DNA of 64,000 nt from Azolla caroliniana (Eukaryota > Plantae > Polypodiophyta), in the NCBI GenBank assembly GCA_043228905.1, contig JBHGNT010000014.1, positions 19,344,001 through 19,408,000 of the forward strand. The letters run 5' to 3'. The position numbers were made by a program, and so were the translations under genes. The stretch's first letter is position 1, and the number at the start of each line of letters is the position of its first letter. Shown piece by piece: positions 60,300 to 64,000 of this stretch. The notes below the pieces were generated by a model. It was given only the letters and a program-made list of their open reading frames with translations. It made no database searches and was not told the DNA's origin.

Positions 60300-60985
60300 G
60301 CCTGTAGGCTTACAATGTAATGTATGTACACCTAAACCTATACATACAAAAACAACTTATACAAGGATGTTGAACCTTAATACGGTACATTAACATGTTG
60401 GTTTTATATCAAGAAAGGGTTCATGGAAGATGATAGTTCCATTGAGGTCTTTGATTTGTCACTACAAAGAGAAGCACCTTCCTCCATAAGTGAAGAAGCT
60501 TCATCCTTCTTTTATGAATATTTTCTGGAGAACCATACATGTTATCATATTGCCCACGAACTACTGTCAACAATGTTTCCCATATCTCAAGCAATACCTC
60601 AGGAAGACCAAGCTTTGTTGCATCGTAAAGTCGACTGCATCTACATTTCCATAATACCCATAATGTTATTGTAGTCACAGTTTTCCAGATCTGAACAGAT
60701 CGCACCTGCTTTCGAGGTTGCTAAAACAGACTAATCGATATCAATCTTCTGTTATGTACCGTCATGGCCTCTTGTATATCATCTGCCTCATACAACATCA
60801 AGCTGGAGTGTAAAATTCCCCACACCGTTGCTCCCCATGAGAACAAGCAACCAACATTGATCGTTAGGAATAAACAAAGAACTTTATTCCATACTTGCTG
60901 AGCCAAGAGACAAGTCCAGAGGGCATACTTAGTAGTCTCCGATGTTGCATAGCAAAATCCACATTGCCTGAGATTATGTACTACA
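60300..60985 (-). mobile_element. 5'-truncated L1-type LINE 3' stub
   Basis: CGFC...ETTKYALWTC..AQQVW, W.TVTTITLWVLWKCRC.RLY...IW..L...VRGQYD, QW.Y.LP, same ORF2 C-terminus as the full-length LINE. Confidence 0.8.
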
Positions 60986-61655
60986 TTCCCTTTTAACGTC
61001 TATGAAGAAAAAGGCTACTTTACATTAACTTTATAAAAACTCGTTTCTATCACAAACAAGAGGGAAGGTAGAAGCAAAGGAGAGAGATGGGTAAAGTTTA
61101 GAAAGAGACGGTCTCTTTACCCATGGATCTTGCACAACAATGAAAAACCAATGTCAACGTTGTTAGCAAAAGTCAATCATCTAGTTTTTCACATGTTGAG
61201 AGTGCAATCTTGCCAAGGTTAAATATATACATAATCCTTGGAATTACAGTGGTTTACATCATTGATAAGCATGGTAGGTTCAATTACACTTTTCTTGTTG
61301 GGATCTCCTAGAGACACTTGCCCTCCAAGAATTGGGAGTGTTAAGTCCACACTTACAACATTGTGTTGACATTTGAGGGTTCATTTCTCAATTTCATGGT
61401 ATGCATCCACATCATTCTCATTGAAATAATGCTCATTGGTCAAGTGTTTCCGGATAATGCAAGCATTGGCTGGAATTTAAAATGGATGATATTTCAACCC
61501 ATTTTATGACTTTGCAATTTGACATTCAATGAGATTTCACATGCATCTTCAAAGGTCCCTTTCAATTGGAACGAACAAATTTAAGATCTCCATAATTGTT
61601 ATGTACAACAAAGGAGCATGCTTATTTGTATTGTTTCACATCAGTTTGTATCATA

Positions 61656-64000
61656 TTAACTCTCCCATGACCGAACATTGGCATAAGTATTCGACATGAA
61701 AATATATGCGGAAACTTGTTGAGGATCGACCATGACAGAATGCCGAAATGCCCACTCGGCAAATGAGATGTTGCCATGTGTACAGCAAGCACCTAACAAG
61801 CACAACAACATTGATGTGTCTGCTTCCATCGGCATCTTTTCAAGCATATTCTCCAGCCTTTTGAAATCTCCAACTCTACCGAGGAGATCTACCATAGCTC
61901 CATAATGTTTTGAGTTCGGAATAATATCATAGTTTCGGCCCATAGATTCAAATAGCACAATTGCTCGATCAATAAGCCCCTCATGGTTGCAGATAGAAAG
62001 AATTGTAGTCAATGTCACTTCATCTGGCTCCATACCGGCGATTTGAAGTCTCTCAAACATATGCATACTTTCTACTACACTTCCTTCTCCTACATAACCA
62101 TCGATGAATACATTCCACAACACAATATCTGCGATGAAGGGAAGTTCTTCAAAACAAGCTTGCATTTCAACAATACCTCTGCAATTTCCATATGCATAAA
62201 TTAAAGTAGTTGCTAAGGAAGGGATTTCCTTATAACAAGAAGAGGCAATACCAAAATGAATCTCCTTACATATGTCCAAGTTTCCTGTCAAGCTACAAGC
62301 TTGTAGAATACTAGTAAGGGTCAAATCATCGAAAATGGCATGTTGTTTTTGTGCTTTTCTTAAGAGTGTTAATGCCTCTTCTGGTTGGCCATCTCTAATA
62401 TACGCAGAAAGGATAGTGTTCCATGGTACAATACTTGAGTTAGAGAAGATATCAAATAAATTCTTTGTTTCAAACATGCCCCCACATTTTGCATACATAT
62501 TCATAACACTACTTCCAACAACTACATCTGACATGAACCCCTTCCTCTCGGCATCTATATGCAAAGCTTTTCCTATTTCTAAAGAAACTAACATTTCCTC
62601 TTTTATTTGCTGGCATAATAGATCTTCTTTCAAAGTAAGAATAGCACATGCTTGTAAAATTATAACAAATGTTAGCTCAGTTGGAGCAATCCCATTCTCT
62701 TGCATCTCTCGAAACAATCGTAAAGCCATCTCTCCTTGCTGTTTATTAACATATGAAGAGAGCATTGCATTATATGAGACTACATCGGGTTGACATAATG
62801 CTGAAAAAACCATCTCTGCCTCAGCAATAGCACCACACTTTCCATACATACCGATGATTGTATTCACAACAAAGATATTAGTAGAAGTAAAACCCTTTCT
62901 CCTTGCATATGCATGCAGTGCCTTCCCTATCTCTGAATCATTTTTTTGTTCTGAATTTGACTTTACATCAAAATCTTCTTTCCCCACAAGATTGGCAGAA
63001 GCTTGTAGTGCATATACAAGAGTATGTGCATCTGTGATCACACCTTCTTCTTGCATTTGTCTATATAACAGTAAAGCTTTGCCTTCGTGACCGTGCATGA
63101 CATATGCTGAGAGCATTTTATTCCATGCTACTGAATCTTGTCGAGATAATGAAAGAAACAATACCTCTGATTCAACTATGGCTCCACAAGTGCTATAAAT
63201 ACCAACAAGTGTGTTGTTAATGATTAGATCCACGCAAAAACCCATGATACAAACATTTGTGTGTATTGCTTGGACTATATCCACACAAATCATCTCAATC
63301 GAATATTCATGAGAGATAGCTCCTGTCTCTTCAAACACAATAAGTCCACATGCTTTAAGGGTGAAGACTAGGGTAAGAATGTCTATAGCAAGACCATCTC
63401 GTTCCATCATCACATACAACTTTAATGCTTTGTTTCCTTCTCCATTCGCAACGTATGCTGACAGCATAGCATTCCATGAAAACACGTCCCTATGGGGCAA
63501 TTCATCAAACAAAACCTCTGCTTCCTGAACTGCCCCTATTTTTCCATACATGCTTATAAGTGTGTTAATGACCAATATACTCGTTTGAAATCCGTGCTTG
63601 GCGAGACAAAAATGCAATGCTTTTCCAATTTCTAAAGCTATATTCTTGGTTTCTTGTTCTATACTAACAAGATTTTCTTCATTCATTAGGTTACCACATG
63701 CTTGAAGGGTCATCAAAAAGGTAACCTCATTTGGATTTACATTGAGATCATACATTTGCGCATACAACTGCAAAACCTTCTCAATATGTTGATTTTCGAG
63801 GTAGGCTGACATCATTGCATTCCATGAGACAATATCTCTCCTCGGCATCTCGCAAAACACACTTTCGGCCTCGACAACAAATCCACATTTCCCATACATA
63901 CTCACGAGAGCGCATCCAACAAACATATCATATGCACAGAATCCTTTCATACAAGCAAAAGCATGAAATATCTTTCCATTCTCTACATCTTGATTTATGC
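61656..64000 (-). CDS. PLS-class pentatricopeptide repeat protein with E domain, no DYW (5' end beyond window)
   Basis: Repeating P-L-S triplets (ALVSMYGKCG..EAE.VF / DIVSWNAM.SAY / P.EVTF...LQAC). C-terminal HYGAMVDLLGRVG...MPMEAD...LLGAC..HGN...AY..MSN.YA. Intronless; the frame is open to the window edge. Confidence 0.96.
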   Translation of the reverse strand, partial: INQDVENGKIFHAFACMKGFCAYDMFVGCALVSMYGKCGFVVEAESVFCEMPRRDIVSWNAMMSAYLENQHIEKVLQLYAQMYDLNVNPNEVTFLMTLQACGNLMNEENLVSIEQETKNIALEIGKALHFCLAKHGFQTSILVINTLISMYGKIGAVQEAEVLFDELPHRDVFSWNAMLSAYVANGEGNKALKLYVMMERDGLAIDILTLVFTLKACGLIVFEETGAISHEYSIEMICVDIVQAIHTNVCIMGFCVDLIINNTLVGIYSTCGAIVESEVLFLSLSRQDSVAWNKMLSAYVMHGHEGKALLLYRQMQEEGVITDAHTLVYALQASANLVGKEDFDVKSNSEQKNDSEIGKALHAYARRKGFTSTNIFVVNTIIGMYGKCGAIAEAEMVFSALCQPDVVSYNAMLSSYVNKQQGEMALRLFREMQENGIAPTELTFVIILQACAILTLKEDLLCQQIKEEMLVSLEIGKALHIDAERKGFMSDVVVGSSVMNMYAKCGGMFETKNLFDIFSNSSIVPWNTILSAYIRDGQPEEALTLLRKAQKQHAIFDDLTLTSILQACSLTGNLDICKEIHFGIASSCYKEIPSLATTLIYAYGNCRGIVEMQACFEELPFIADIVLWNVFIDGYVGEGSVVESMHMFERLQIAGMEPDEVTLTTILSICNHEGLIDRAIVLFESMGRNYDIIPNSKHYGAMVDLLGRVGDFKRLENMLEKMPMEADTSMLLCLLGACCTHGNISFAEWAFRHSVMVDPQQVSAYIFMSNTYANVRSWES

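Overview
This is nuclear DNA from a land plant. A fern or other seed-free plant is most likely, inferred from the TE families and the long PLS-E PPR gene. The left 27 kb is a stack of nested transposons whose junctions can be read base by base. (1) A tandem, tRNA-Trp-primed gag-protease-only LTR element (C) hosts a related non-autonomous element (B, 4-bp TSD) and a young Copia. (2) That Copia is itself interrupted by an Ac/hAT-like element (TIR TAGGGGTAAAA). This element carries an intact 4-exon coiled-coil/RING-H2 gene that ends in an array of TAGCTAATTAGCTA palindromes. (3) A doubly deleted Copia (TSD ATCCC) hosts a full-length Athila/Tat-like Gypsy (TSD GATCG) with a long 3' extra ORF. The AT-rich right part holds three host genes, all on the minus strand: a 3-exon EPFL4/5/6-like secreted peptide gene, an At5g53020-like coiled-coil gene and a PLS-E PPR gene. 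It also holds a full-length 6.6-kb LINE with a 14-bp TSD, several LINE 3' stubs, and a mosaic mitochondrial insertion (trnS-UGA plus an rrn18 fragment) inside a tandem repeat. The most unusual item is the RING-gene-carrying hAT-like element with its palindrome array. Gene models and mismatch counts were derived by eye.
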